From Octopus sinensis (taxonomy: Eukaryota): a stretch of DNA of 64,000 nucleotides. Shown piece after piece: positions 11,865-24,336 of this stretch. Position numbers and translations under genes: made by a program. Position 1 is the first letter of the stretch. Every line of letters begins with the position of its first letter. The notes beneath the pieces are model-generated. The model did not search any database. It worked only from the letters and a program-made list of their open reading frames with translations, and had not been told where the DNA came from. Location: assembly GCF_006345805.1 (NCBI RefSeq), contig NC_043013.1, forward strand, positions 6,076,001 to 6,140,000, given 5' to 3'.

Positions 11865-13140
11865 TTTTTCTGCTAAAGGCACAAGGCCTGAAATTTTGGA
11901 GGAGGGGACTAGTCCATTACATTGACCCCAGTGTCTCACTGGTACTTAATTTATTGACCTTGAAAGGATGGATGGCAAAGTCAAACTCAGCGGAATTTGA
12001 ACTCAGAGCATAAAAATGGATGAAATGCTGCTAAGCACTTTGCTTGGAATGCTAACGATTCCGCCAACCTGCTGCCTTAATAATAACAACAACAATAATA
12101 ATAATTCTTTTATTCTTTTACTTGTTTCAGTCATTTGACTGCGGCCATGCCGGAGCACTGCATTTAGTCAAGCAAATTGACCCCAGGACTTATTCTTTGT
12201 AAGCCTAGTACTTATTCTATTGGTCTCTTTTGTCGAACTGCTAAATTACGGGGATGTAAACACACCAGCATCGGTTGTCAAGCGATGTTGGGGACAAACA
12301 CAGACACATATACATACGATGGTCTTCTTTCAGTTTCCGTCTACCAAATCCACTCACAAGGCTTTGGTCGGCCCAAGGTTATAGTAGAGGACATTTGCCC
12401 AAAGTGCCACGCAGTGGGACTGAACCCGGAACCATGCGGCTGGTAAGCAAGCTACTTGCCACACAATGATTTCAAATTTTTGCACTAGGCCAGCACTTTT
12501 ATGGGGTGCAGGGGTTACATTGATTACATCAATCCCAGTACTCAACTGGTACTTATTGACCCTGAAAGGATGAAAGGCAAAGTCAATCCTGGTGGTGTTT
12601 GAACTTAGGATTTGTAAAGCTGAAATATATGCAGCTAAGCAACTTGTCTGAGACACTAACAATTCTGCCAGTTCTCCACCTTTTCTAATGGTTTCAAATT
12701 TTGGCACAGAGCCAGCAATTTTAGAGAGAGGTGATTGCATCACCTCCAGTGCTTGATTGGTTCTTATTTTACTGACACCAAAAAGAAGAAAGGCAGAGTT
12801 GACCTCAACAGAATTTTAACTCAAAATGTAAAGAACCAAAAGAAATGTTGCTAAGCATTTTGTCCAATATACTAATGTTTCTGTCAGCAATAATCATTTC
12901 TGATTTTGGGACAAAGCCAGCAATTTTGAGTGAGGAAGGGGTTAAGTTGATGCCATTTGCCCCAGTACTTGAATGATACTTTAGTTTATTGACCCTAAAT
13001 GGAAAAGCAAAGCATAGTTGAAAGGCAAAGCATGGTTGAAAGGCAAAGCATAATTGAAAGGCAAAGCATAGCTGACCTTAGCAAGATTTGAATTCAGAAT
13101 GTTGAGAACCTGAAAAAAAATATCTCTGGTATTTTTTTTT
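11865..13140 (-). mobile_element. Cluster of about four (ATT)n-family SINEs interrupted by a CORE-like SINE (12105-12465)
   Basis: Repeated GGATGAAAGGCAAAGT..GGAATTTGAACTCAG motif; an 18-bp internal unit is repeated four times near 13000-13075. Confidence 0.8.
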
Positions 13141-13766
13141 TGTGATGCTTGAAAGATTTTGCCAGCTCATCACCCTAACAATAATTGTTATCATTACTGA
13201 TATTTTTAATCCTTTCAAAATCTGGGGCTTGGATGCCCATCAAAGAAATCATTATAATCACCCTTAATTATAATGTGTTACTTGGTTGAGTGAACAAGGA
13301 AGACTCTGCATCAGTGATTCTCAACCATCTGGACTTTGTGGTATACTGAAGATGTAACAAGAATGGCTGGTGCCTTTCACAGAGAATGGTAAAATAAAAT
13401 GTTTTAATGTTTAAAATGTGGCAGGGAAAAAAAGTATAAAACTATTCTTTAACCTGTGTTTTTGTCATAGTTGTGCATAACAACATTATGAATAACACAT
13501 TTTTTTCAAGAGAGTCAAGTGTTTATGCAAATTTTCCAGTGTCTTAAACATAGGCATAGCTGTGTAGATAAGAAGCCTGATTCACAGCTACGTTGTTTCA
13601 GGTTCAGTCCCACTGTGTGGCACCTTGGGCAAGTGTCTTCTGCTATAGCTTTCAGTTGATCAAAGCCTTGTGAGTGGATTAAATTTGGTGGACAAAAACT
13701 AAAAAGAGCACTTCATATATATGTTTTTACTTCAAATTTTTCAAATTTTTATAAATTTTTACTAAT

Positions 13767-13929
13767 AGGCATAGGAGTGGCTGTGTGGTAAGTAGCTTGC
13801 TTACGAACCACATGGTTCCGGGTTCAGTCTCACTGCATGGCACCTTGGGCAAGTGTCTTCTACTATAGCCTCAGGCCGACCAGAGCCTTGTGAGTGGATT
13901 TGGTAGACGGAAACTGAAAGAAGCCTGTC

Positions 13930-14001
<72 letters not shown>

Positions 14002-14214
14002 ATATATGTTTGTGTGTCTGTATTTATCGCCCCCGACATCGCTTGACAACCGATGCTGGTGTGTTTACGTCCCCGTAACTTAGCGGTTCGGCAAAAGCGA
14101 CTGATAGAATAAGTACTAGGCTTACAAAGAATAAGTCCTGGGGTCGATTTGCTAAAAGACGGTTCTCCAGCATGGCCACAGTCAAATGACTGAAACAAGT
14201 AAAAGAGTAAAAGA
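13767..14214 (+). mobile_element. Full-length CORE-like SINE
   Basis: Same architecture as 6132-6540 with a longer (TA)n. Confidence 0.9.
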
Positions 14215-14421
14215 ATATTTGTTAAGATGAAATACATCAAAACTGGTAATATTAATATTTTTATTTATATAATCTTTTATTAAATTTCCTCTTAAACTGA
14301 AATGTCTTAGACTTAATTCTGTGCTATTTCCACCTTCATCATTTTGATATATAAAAATTTGATTTGTATACATCTCTCATCTTTTTTCAACTATAGACCC
14401 CACCCCCACGCACACACATAT

Positions 14422-14690
14422 ATACAGGGTGCAGTGAATAAATTGTCTAAACTATGCAAAAATGAAAATAACACCGACATCTCATTTTAACAGACATATT
14501 TATCAAAATTACATAAAAATATCTTGAAATACTAAAGAATAAATTTATTCAATAAAATCACCGTTAGCTTCAACCACGGCCTCCAGAAGAGTTTGGAATC
14601 TCCTGCAACTCTTCTGGACAGTTAGTGAATGTTGTTATGATCCTTGCCTTCAGTTCATCTTTGGTGTTACAAGAAGTTTTATACAGTTCT
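14422..14690 (-). mobile_element. maT/DD37D-like Tc1-mariner 3' end
   Basis: TA-CAGGGTG terminus; minus strand encodes CRRFQTLLEAVVEANGDFIE*. Confidence 0.7.
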
Positions 14691-14717
14691 ATATTTAAGA
14701 GATGAGGAATTATGTAA

Positions 14718-14945
14718 ATTATTTACATTTGACAGATATTTGTCCTCATTTTGTTTGTTGTTAACACAACGTTCTGGCTGATATACCCTACAGCCTTCAT
14801 CAGGTGTCTTGGGGAAATTTCGAACCTAGGTTCTCATTCCTAAGGTATTTTTTGATGTTTTTATTATTATTCAGGTCACTGCCTGGAATCGAACTCAGAA
14901 TCTTGGGGTTAATAGCTCGCGCTCTTAACACTACGCCATATGCCC
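14718..14945 (-). mobile_element. tRNA-headed short element with two tandem hammerhead-like folds
   Basis: Head GGGCATATGGCGTAGTGTTAAGAGCGCG..GAGTTCGATTCC (14874-14945), folds at 14808-14844 and 14763-14808, inverted partial duplicate at 14945-14972. Confidence 0.7.
14763..14808 (-). ncRNA. Minimal type I hammerhead-ribozyme-like motif (this copy is mutated)
   Basis: GACAC CTGATGA A GGCTG-(10 nt)-CAGCC AGAAC GTT GTGTT; stems I and II pair, GAAA core altered to AGAA. Confidence 0.55.
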
Positions 14946-14955
14946 CAAGCAGTGA

Positions 14956-14991
<36 letters not shown>

Positions 14992-14997
14992 TAACAG

Positions 14998-15453
14998 AGG
15001 CGCAGGAGTGGCTGTGTGGTAAGTAGCTTGCTTACCAACCACATGGTTCTGGGTTCAGTCCCACTGTGTAGCATCTTGGGCAAGTGTCTTCTACTATAGC
15101 CCCGGGCCGACCAAAGCCTTGTGAGTGGATTTGGTAGACGGAAACTGAAAGAAGCCAATCGTATATGTGTATATAAATATGCGTGTGTGTGTTTGCGTGT
15201 GTGTGTTTGCGTGTGTGTGTTTGCGTGTGTGTGTTTGCATGTCTGTGTTTGTTCCCCTAGCATTTCTTGACAACCGATGCTGGTGTGTTTATGTCCCCGT
15301 TACTTAGCGGTTCGGCAAAAGAGACCGATAGAATAAGTACTGGGCTTACAAAAGAATAAGTCCCGGGGTCGAGTTGCTCGACAAAAGGCGGTGCTCCAGC
15401 ATGGCCGCAGTCAACTGACTGAAACAAGTAAAAGAGTAAAAAGAGTAAAGAGA
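14998..15453 (+). mobile_element. Full-length CORE-like SINE
   Basis: Family architecture with an internal (GTGTGTTTGC)n tract. Confidence 0.9.
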
Positions 15454-15574
15454 GTGAATTGTGTCTTGGTGCTGTTTTTCTCACAGGCGATGCCCAACTG
15501 ACCCTACTGTACTGTGTAGTCAAGAAAAGGAAAAACAAAAAATGTGCATGTGTGAAATAAAAAAATGTAAAATG

Positions 15575-15750
15575 GTGACAATTTACCCATCGTTGGTTGT
15601 AGGAGATTCCAAAGTTGTCTGGGGGCTGTGGTTGAAGCCAATGGCGACGTTATTGAATATATTTTCTCTTTACTATTTCAAGATATTTTAATGTAATTTT
15701 GGTAAATATATCTGTTAAAATGAGATGCCAATGTTATTTTCATTTTTGCA
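15575..15750 (+). mobile_element. maT/DD37D-like 3' fragment, inverted relative to 14422-14690
   Basis: Encodes GCRRFQSCLGAVVEANGDVIE; reverse-complement similarity to 14450-14610. Confidence 0.7.
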
Positions 15751-16559
15751 TAATTTAGATGACACATACGCACACACAAACACACATACAGAAAGCATAC
15801 ACATGCTTGCATACATACATGCATAAATACATATATGCATGTGTATGCGCATACACACACTGGCCCACACACATGTGCACACACAATCAAAAAGTACACA
15901 GCTTGGATAACAGACAGGTTGCAAGATGCAACAAAAATTTTAGAAAAATAAATAAGTAAATGAGGGGAAATTTTTCTGGTGTGTGTGTTAAATTGTAAGG
16001 CACCAAAAGAGAATGTCTCTCCCCAGATACAACAGAGTATTTACCGCACCCTGTCTATATATATATATTCTGTAAATAATAATTATAAGCTTGAGGCTTA
16101 TAAGCATTCACTGTGTATTAACTACAGAAAATTTTTTTTTCCTATAGGCAGTATATGGTGAATGCTTATAATAATTTTTTTACCGAATTTTTACTCTTCA
16201 CCATTTCTTCACTTAATGCAATATATATAGGGTATGAGAGGTATTGGTGTCAAGAAGACCCAAAGGTGTTAGGTAATGCTGAGTAAATGCTATGGACAGA
16301 CTATAGTTAAGCTCCAGGTTCGATAATGATATGAATGAGGTGTCCAACGTGGGTCATATATAAGCAGGCAAATATATAAAAATTAACAGAATGAGATTAA
16401 AAAAAGTCCAAGGCTGTATCTGAAAACTATTCACAGCCTTGGATTTTTTTATCTCATTCTCATCATCATCAGCACCATCATCGTTTAACGTCCACTTTCC
16501 ATGCTGGCATGGGTTGGACGGTTTGACTGAGGACTGGCGAGTCAGATGGCTGCACACAA

Positions 16560-16592
<33 letters not shown>

Positions 16593-17387
16593 TATGATGG
16601 GATTCTTTCAGTTTCCACTTACAAGGGCTTTGGTTGGCACAAGGCTATAGTAGAAGACACTTGCCCAAGGTGCCATGCAGTGGGACTGAACCCAAAACCT
16701 TGTGGTTGGGAAGCAAGCTTCTTATTTTTAGAATGACATTGTGGAGTAGGTGTGAGAAGTCAGATCTGGCTGGTTTGAAGATAATATATGGGTAGAATAT
16801 TTGGGCTGGATATACCTCAGATATGCTGAAGGGTTAAAGTAGGAAGGATATATTGACATGTTGCTTAAGATATATTATGGCGGAAAAAAACATATGAAGC
16901 GGTCATGCTTGAATGTCTTTGATCATTGGACTGATCTGAGGCGAAACAGCAACAGCAACAACAACAACATCTGTGACTTGGTTGTGTCTGCATCTCATTC
17001 AAGAAATAATTTCATCTCGACCATTTTTTTCCTTCCTCCCACGCTCCCGATTTTTATTAATATTATTATTATTATTATTTTTTTTTTGCACTCTTAGCTT
17101 GTGTATGTCATCTTTTTCTTTGTGTATTCCTCTTTTGATCAAGCCGCCACTAATCACCACCACCACCACCACCACCACCACCACCACCGCTGCTGCTCCT
17201 GCTGCTGCCACCACCATCATGCCTAATGAGAATGGTGATGACGACTATAAACGATGTTCTTTGTTGCTAAATATTGAAATATCAGGCATTAACGGTTTCA
17301 TCAAGTTGACGTATATTGCCATAGTTTCTGACAAGATGGCCAACCTAGCCTACTGACTAGAAATTAAATAGCTGACTGGAAATTAAT

Positions 17388-17820
17388 AGGCGTAGGAGTG
17401 GGTGTGTGGTGAGTAGCTTGCTTACCAACCACATGGTTCCGGGTTCAGTCCCACTGCGTGGCATCTTGGCCAAGTGTCTTCTACTATAGCCTTGGGCCAA
17501 CCAAAGCCTTGTGAGTGGATTTGGTAGCTGGAAACTGGAAGAAGCCTGTATTATATATGTATATATGTGTGTGTGTGTGTATGTGTGTGCGTGTGTGTGT
17601 GTGTGTGTGTCTGTGTTTGTCTCCCCAACATCACTTGACAACCGATGCTGGTGTGTTTACATCCCCATAACTTAGCGGTTCAGCAAAAGAGACCGATAGG
17701 ATAAGTACTGGGCTTACAAAAGAATAAGTCGTGGGGTCGAGTTGCTCGATTAAAGGCGGTGCTCCAGCATGGCCACAGTCAAATGACTGAAACAAATAAA
17801 AGAGTAAAAGGAGTAAAAGA
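17388..17820 (+). mobile_element. Full-length CORE-like SINE
   Basis: Family architecture. Confidence 0.9.
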
Positions 17821-17827
17821 GCTGTTG

Positions 17828-17858
<31 letters not shown>

Positions 17859-18637
17859 TAGTGATGGTAACAATGATAATGGCAATGGTGACAATGATGA
17901 TGATGATGGTGCTGATGGTGGTGGTGGTGTTAATGATAGTGATTGTGTTAACAAGGCCTATGAAAATCTGGCGTGATTTGAGGGAGATTTGACTGCAGTT
18001 TCTAATATGGTCAGAGCAAATATACTTTTGACCATAAATCTTTTGTAATCATGGATGACATAGGGCTAAGCCACCACCACTACCACAACAACAATAACAA
18101 TAATTTCTTACAGGCTTTACTTGGTGATTAAGAAGTTCACTTCCCAGCCATGTGGTTTCAGGTTCAGTCCCACTGCATGGCATCATGGGCAAGTATTTTC
18201 TACTCTAGCTCCAGAGTAACCAAAACCTTGTGAATGGATTTAGCTGATGGATACTGAAAGAAGCTCACAATATGTACACACACACACACACATGCACACA
18301 CACCTTTTATCTTTTACTTGTTTCAGTTAGTAGAATGTGGCCACGCTGGGGCACTGCCTTGAAGAATTTTTAGTCGTTTTAGCCTGGTAGTTATTCTGTT
18401 GACCTCTCTTGTCAAGTGGTGCTGGGTATCAAACAGACACAAAGGCGCACTCACTCATATATAAGTAGTTACTATGTATTGACTAAAGAAAATAGTCTAA
18501 TATTGGAGCAGCTGAGCCTTTGACAGAAAAAAGTGGGTTTTCCGTATCTGTTAAGGACTAAAGGTGGTGCTCCAGCATGGCCACAGTCAAATGACTAAAA
18601 CAAGTAAAAGAATGAAAGAATAAATGAATATATATAT

Positions 18638-18684
<47 letters not shown>

Positions 18685-18690
<6 letters not shown>

Positions 18691-19072
18691 ATCATGTGAC
18701 TGACCAGGCTATCAGATGTTGCTACATATCACTGGTCACAATGCGCTTCGCATTGTTTTAGCCTTCAAATGATGCCACCCCACTGGCTAAGTGAGCAGGC
18801 CAACAGAAGAAAGAGTGAGAGAAAGTTGTAGCGAAAGAGTACAGCAGGGATTGCCACCATCCCCTGCTGGAGCCTCGTGGAGCTTTAGGTGTTTTTGCTC
18901 AATAAACACAACCGATGCTGGTGTGTTTATAACCCCATAACTTAGCAGTTCGGCAAAAGGGACTGATAGAATAAGTACTAGGCTTACAAAGAATAAGTTC
19001 TGGGGTTGATTTGCTCGACTAAAAGGCGGTGCTCCAGCATGGGCGCAGTCAAATGACTGAAACAAGTAAAGA
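18685..19072. mobile_element. Junction of a minus-strand SINE body with the plus-strand 3' half of a CORE-like SINE
   Basis: 18820-18908 matches the reverse complement of 21110-21210; 18910-19072 matches the CORE-family 3' half. Confidence 0.7.
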
Positions 19073-19074
19073 GA

Positions 19075-19532
19075 GTTATTATTAAGCTAATGCTTAGAAC
19101 ATAAATTAACAAGAATTTTGATGGAAGGTTTTAATTCAGATCACTTTGGTCCTTTTGTTACCATATTTCTCTTGAAATACACAGACTGTGTTTCAATTAA
19201 TTTTGAAAAAATTGAAGTATTTAATAAAATAATTTTGTCATGATTGGACAGATTTTTTAAGAACATAAACACGAAATTTTGATGGAAGCTTTTAATCTAA
19301 ATCACTTTCATCCTATTGTTACCGTATTTCTATTGAACTAAACTACTTTTGTTTCAATTAATTTTGAAAATAATAAAGAATTTAATTTAAAAAATCATAA
19401 ATTAGCTGGCATTTGGAACATAAATTAACCTGAAATTTTGATAGAAGTTTTTAATTTAGATAGCTTTAAAACAAAGAATTTGTATCAAAGAACCAAACAT
19501 GGTCTCAGGTAGGTTGATATCAAAAGAGTTAA
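19075..19532. mobile_element. piggyBac-like MITE with an internal ~160-bp tandem amplification
   Basis: AACATAAA..TTTTGATGGAAG..TCACTTT unit near 19100, 19262 and 19418; ends CAAAAGAG-TTAA; same family as 42399-42620. Confidence 0.65.
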
Positions 19533-19813
19533 AAGACACCATTGTGGTAAACCAACACGGAACCAAGCTGCAATTATTAATTCCACAGGATGCTTTTTCA
19601 AAACCTGGAGAAACGCATGAACATCATACTTTACCAAATTTGCGTCTGATTCATAAAACTGAAATTGGAGTTTTATAGCCTCATTAATGACCTTCTTCAT
19701 AATGAACTAACAGTATTTTTTTTTTCCTTTCATTGTGTAAGAGTGCAAATAACCAAATAACAATCTGCAGGTAACAATTATAAAGATTAAGCACAGCACT
19801 GTTATTAAATCCC

Positions 19814-19851
<38 letters not shown>

Positions 19852-21029
19852 TGTGTTACTTGCTTCCTCTATTTCTTTAATTATCTCTCACTCTGTATCT
19901 CATGCACTGACTACCAGCTTCTGTTCTCTCTCTCTCTCTCTCTCTGATCCACATAACAGATTTTATAAGATGATAATTATCACGATGATGATGTTGGTAA
20001 ATGATGCTACTAGTTCAACTGGTACATCACCAGACTATAAGTCTTTGATTCAGCCAATAAGAGGGCCTCTCAGTGTTTGCTTTACCTGCTGGATGTAAAA
20101 ACCAAATCTTTCTCAAATCATATTCTACAATTTTAAAACAAAAAAAGGGACACATTAGATAATAGCAGGGGCATCAATTCTGGGTATGCTAGGGGTGCAC
20201 CGCACACCCATCAAAAATGACAAATTCATTATAAATATCAAACTTGCTCATTAATTTAATCACAAATCTTAATAGAAAACTTCTGTTATACCCCTGCATG
20301 AAATTTGGTGACATTGGGTGTGGCAGCAAACCCAATACAACAACCACCATACGCCACTGTCTTGTAGACCCTTAAAAAAAATAAATGGGATGTTCACAGT
20401 TGGAATGCATTTGATTATATAGGTCTGTTCAATCCAAGTTTACCTGGGGCTAAACAACTACAGGTAGTGAGCTGGTAGAATTGTTAGCATGCCAGGTGAA
20501 ATTCTTAGCAGTAATTTCATCTGTCTTTATGTCCTGAGTTCAAATTCCTCCAAGGCTGACTTTGCCTTTCATCCTTTCAGGGTTGATAAAATAAGTACCA
20601 GTTGAGTACTGGGGGCTTGTGTAATCAACTCAACAACTTAACTACTCCTTGGATAGGAACTGAAAAAAAAAATGCCTCCCTCTGCCTTGTGAGTGAATTT
20701 CATAGAATCTGAAAGAAACTCATCATGTGTGTGTGGTGTGTGTGTGTGTGTGTGTGTGTTTGTGTGTGTGTGTCCCTCTCTCTTTCTCTCCCCTTGAATT
20801 GACTTGACTTGACATCAGGTGACTGTTGTAAATGAATGTTATTGATTTCCAATCTTCTGTGGAAAACCTGTCTGGCCACAGAGAAATATTATCTTGTTTG
20901 GGAACAGTTAAGTGTTGGCAACAGAAAGAGCATCCAGATGTAGAAAATCTGCCTCAATAAACTCTGCCCAAGCCAATCAACCAATCAAGTGAGGAAAATA
21001 GAGTGATAATAACTATATATATATATATG

Positions 21030-21330
21030 TGGAGGCACAATGGCCCAGTGGTTAGGGCAGCAGACTCGCAGTCGGAGGGTCGCAGTTTCGATTCCCAGAC
21101 TGGGCGTTGTGTGTGTTTATTGAGCGAAAACACCTAAAGCTCCACGAGGCTCCGGCAGCGGAGGGGTGACCCCTGTTGTACACTTTCGCCCCAACTTTCT
21201 CTCATTCTTTCTTCCTGTTTCTTGAGTGACACTGCGATGGACTGGTGTCACGTCCAGCTGGGGGGAATACATATGCCACAGAAACCGGGAAACCAGGCTC
21301 ATGAGCCTGGCTAGGATTGAAAAGGGTGCA
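21030..21330 (+). mobile_element. tRNA-derived SINE with a V-domain-like segment
   Basis: TGGCCCAGTGG and TTTCGATTCCC boxes; CTGCGATGGACTGG..GTCCAG resembles the V-SINE core; second copy at 29630-29950. Confidence 0.75.
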
Positions 21331-21334
21331 TAAA

Positions 21335-21592
21335 TAAGCCTTTGTCTTTGCTAGGTTTATCTTAAGGCCTCTCATTCCCAGGTTTAGTTTCCATTCTTGG
21401 AATTTCTTCTCTAATTCCCCTTGGGTTTCAGCTATGAGAACTTGGTCACCAGCATATAAAGGAGCTCTCATGAACAGCGCATCTTAAACTTGACTTTGAT
21501 GGTTTGTAAGACTATGGTATATAGGAGAGGACTGAGGACTGAACCTTGATTGACTCCTGCCTTTATGCTAAATTCCTCACAGAAGTCATTGT
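21335..21592 (-). pseudogene. RTE-clade reverse transcriptase fragment
   Basis: EEFSIKAGVNQGSVLSPLLY then, after a frameshift, LYAGDQVLIAE..GLKINLAKTK (QGSVLSP and decayed YADD motifs). Confidence 0.85.
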
Positions 21593-22492
21593 TTCTCTCT
21601 CTTGTATGTATGTATGTGTGTGCTGTCTCTCTTCTTGAGGTTATGTGATGGTTGTAAGTGTCGTTCATTTCCAATTTTCCATGAAAAACATGTTTGGCCG
21701 AGAGAAAAAATATTGCCTTGTTTGAGAACAGGTGAGAGTTGGTGACAGGAAAGGCATCAGGCTGTAGAGAATCTGCCTCAACAAATTCTGTGTGATCCAT
21801 GTAGGCATAGAAAAGAGGATGTTAAACTATAGATGACGACAATGATATGCATGCATCCATCCGTCTGCCTGCTTGTCTGTCTATCCGTTGATCCTTCCAT
21901 TTATCTATTTTATCTATCTATCTATCTATCTATCTATGCATAAATACATACATACATACATACATACATACATACATACATACATGCATACATATATAGA
22001 TGCATACATACATACATGCATACATACATCTATGTTTACACACATACCTTTCTCAGATACCTGTTTTTTTCTTGCAAAATTCCGTAGTAATTCATATCTC
22101 AAGGAATTTGTAACCTATTTAGCTTGGATAAGTTTCAGGTAACTAGATTCACTTATTTATTTACTACTACTAATAAGGATAATGATGATGATGATGATGA
22201 TAACGATAATAATTATTATCATTTTTGCTGTTGTTGTTTTTGTTGTGAATAGTCATGTTTCCAGAGTTATTTGGAAGATATTTTCTTCCAGAATTACGTG
22301 ATGAAAAAATGTTTTGTTTTGATTTTTTTTATTTGTTCTTTTTGGCAACAAAGAACTGTGCATTATTTTAACACCCATCCTATTACCCTGGTGTAAAAAA
22401 GTAAGTTGGTCCTTAAACATCTTTATTGTTTATACATATTTTTACAAAGGTGACAGCAGTAAATTGGAAAAGAAGATAATTAAACAATTATA

Positions 22493-22830
22493 GGCACAAG
22501 TGTAGCTGTGTGGTAAGAAGCTTGCTTCCCAACCACATGATTCTGGGTTCAGTCCCACTGCATGACACCTTGGGCAAATGTCTTCTACTATAGCCTCAAA
22601 CTGACCAAATCCTGGAGTGGATTTGGTAGATGGAAACTGAAAGGAGCCCATTGTGCTTGTGTGTTTGTCCCCCACTACTGCTTGACAACCAGTATTGGTG
22701 TGTTTACATCCCTATACCTTAATGGTTTGGCAAAAGAGATCGATAGAATAAGTACTAGGCTTTAAAAAAAAATTAAGTTCTTGGGTTGATTGATTCGACT
22801 GAAAATTTTTGAAGATAGTGCCCCAGCATT
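22493..22830 (+). mobile_element. CORE-like SINE, diverged
   Basis: Family head and 3' half. Confidence 0.8.
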
Positions 22831-23432
22831 ATCAAAACAGTGAATTATCAAAACAGTCTCAATTTGATAAGGGAAATGTATACTTCAGTGACAATAAGGA
22901 AAGTACCACTGCTACAAAAACAGTAACTCATCTTTTGCAGGTGTCGTGGGTCATAAGGAGCTGCTTGATATGAACCAGCTTGAGGCAAAGGAAGAAGTAT
23001 ATACATGGTATGTCACATAAAAAGGTACCCAGGGAAAGACAAGGATGAAGATGGCCTAGCTCATCATCATTATCATCACCAGCACCATTTAATGTTTGTT
23101 TTCCATGCTGGCACAGGCTGGATGGTTTGACAAGGAGCTGGTAAGCTGGAGAGTAGCACCAGGCTTCAGTTGTCTGTTGTGGCATGGTTTTTATGGCTGG
23201 ATGTCCTTCCTAATGCCAAACACTTTACACAGTGCACTGGGTGCTTCTAATGAGGCACCAGAGCAAGTGCTTTTTATATCGCCTGCATGCATCATGAAGT
23301 TGAGTGGAGCCATCACGAACTTTCAGAATCCGGTGATCTCTGATGACTGCCAGGTTATCTTGGAGCTTTATTTCACTGAGGGAGTAGAGAGGAGATGAAC
23401 CATACTGGTGTTTAAAAGACAGAAGGCTTAGT

Positions 23433-23474
23433 TGTTACTTGTGTGGCAGCAAAGGTCACTTGAGGGCATACTGC
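23433..23474 (+). pseudogene. Gag-like CCHC zinc knuckle from a decayed non-LTR ORF1
   Basis: CYLCGSKGHLRAYC = CX2CX4HX4C; the surrounding frame is broken. Confidence 0.6.
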
Positions 23475-23848
23475 TCAGAAGAGAAAAAAAACTAATGTGA
23501 AAAGGTGTTTGACAACAGCTGGGATGGGAACAACCACAGCAAGCTCTAGAAGTGGAGACCTTCGCCGCTGCGACTGCAGTTTTTAGAGTACCATTGATCA
23601 CATGCGGGAAGATAGCAGAAGACACTTACCCAAGGTGCTGTGCAGTGGAACTGAACCCAGAACCATGTGATTGGTAAGTAAGCTACTTACCACCCAGCTA
23701 CGCTTGTGCCTGTATACTTTTACCATATTTCATCATCTTTTCCATTTCTTTCTCTTCATTTCTTATTTAAATCCCCATACAAATTGTAGACTGTCCTTGT
23801 GATATTCCCCTCACCTATGCCCCTGTGGCTAATAAAAAGAAATTATTA

Positions 23849-23885
<37 letters not shown>

Positions 23886-24336
23886 TACTACTATTTTTAT
23901 TATCATTATTACCATCACCATTATTATTTTTCTTGGCATAAAGATTTTCATAATGAGTTGAAAATGAAATTCCATTAGCATATTGAAAATTGGAATTTGT
24001 TAAGATACATTCAGATTTTGCAGGAATATATTTACAGGAAAACTCATTTAATTTCCTAAATGCATTTCTCTCGTTCTTCTATGGTTGCTGAAAATAACTT
24101 TGGCTATAAGCAGAATGAGGGACGTTACATCATTTTCAGTGTTGTTGTTGTTGTTGTTGTTGTTGTTATGATAATAATGTCATTACTGCGTGGCAGAATC
24201 GTTTGAGTGTTGGAAAAAAAAGGCTTTGGGGGATATTTCTTTTGGTTTGCTACTTTCTGGGGATGGTATTGATGTAATCGACTTATCTTCTTCCTGCAAA
24301 ATGGCTGCCCTTGAGGCAAAATTTGAAACCATTTTT

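Noticed and set aside
14874-14945. Genuine tRNA gene
   Set aside because: It has A and B boxes but no proper acceptor or anticodon stem pairing; like the other tRNA-like heads here it belongs to a repeat.
15487-15560. Plus-strand acceptor with a polybasic/Cys C-terminus (..KKRKNKKCACVK*)
   Set aside because: It directly follows a SINE tail and abuts a maT fragment; the A-rich sequence explains the lysines.
19485-19700. Protein-like minus-strand ORF MKKVINEAIKLQF..
   Set aside because: No usable splice signals, no recognisable motif, and it runs into a MITE.
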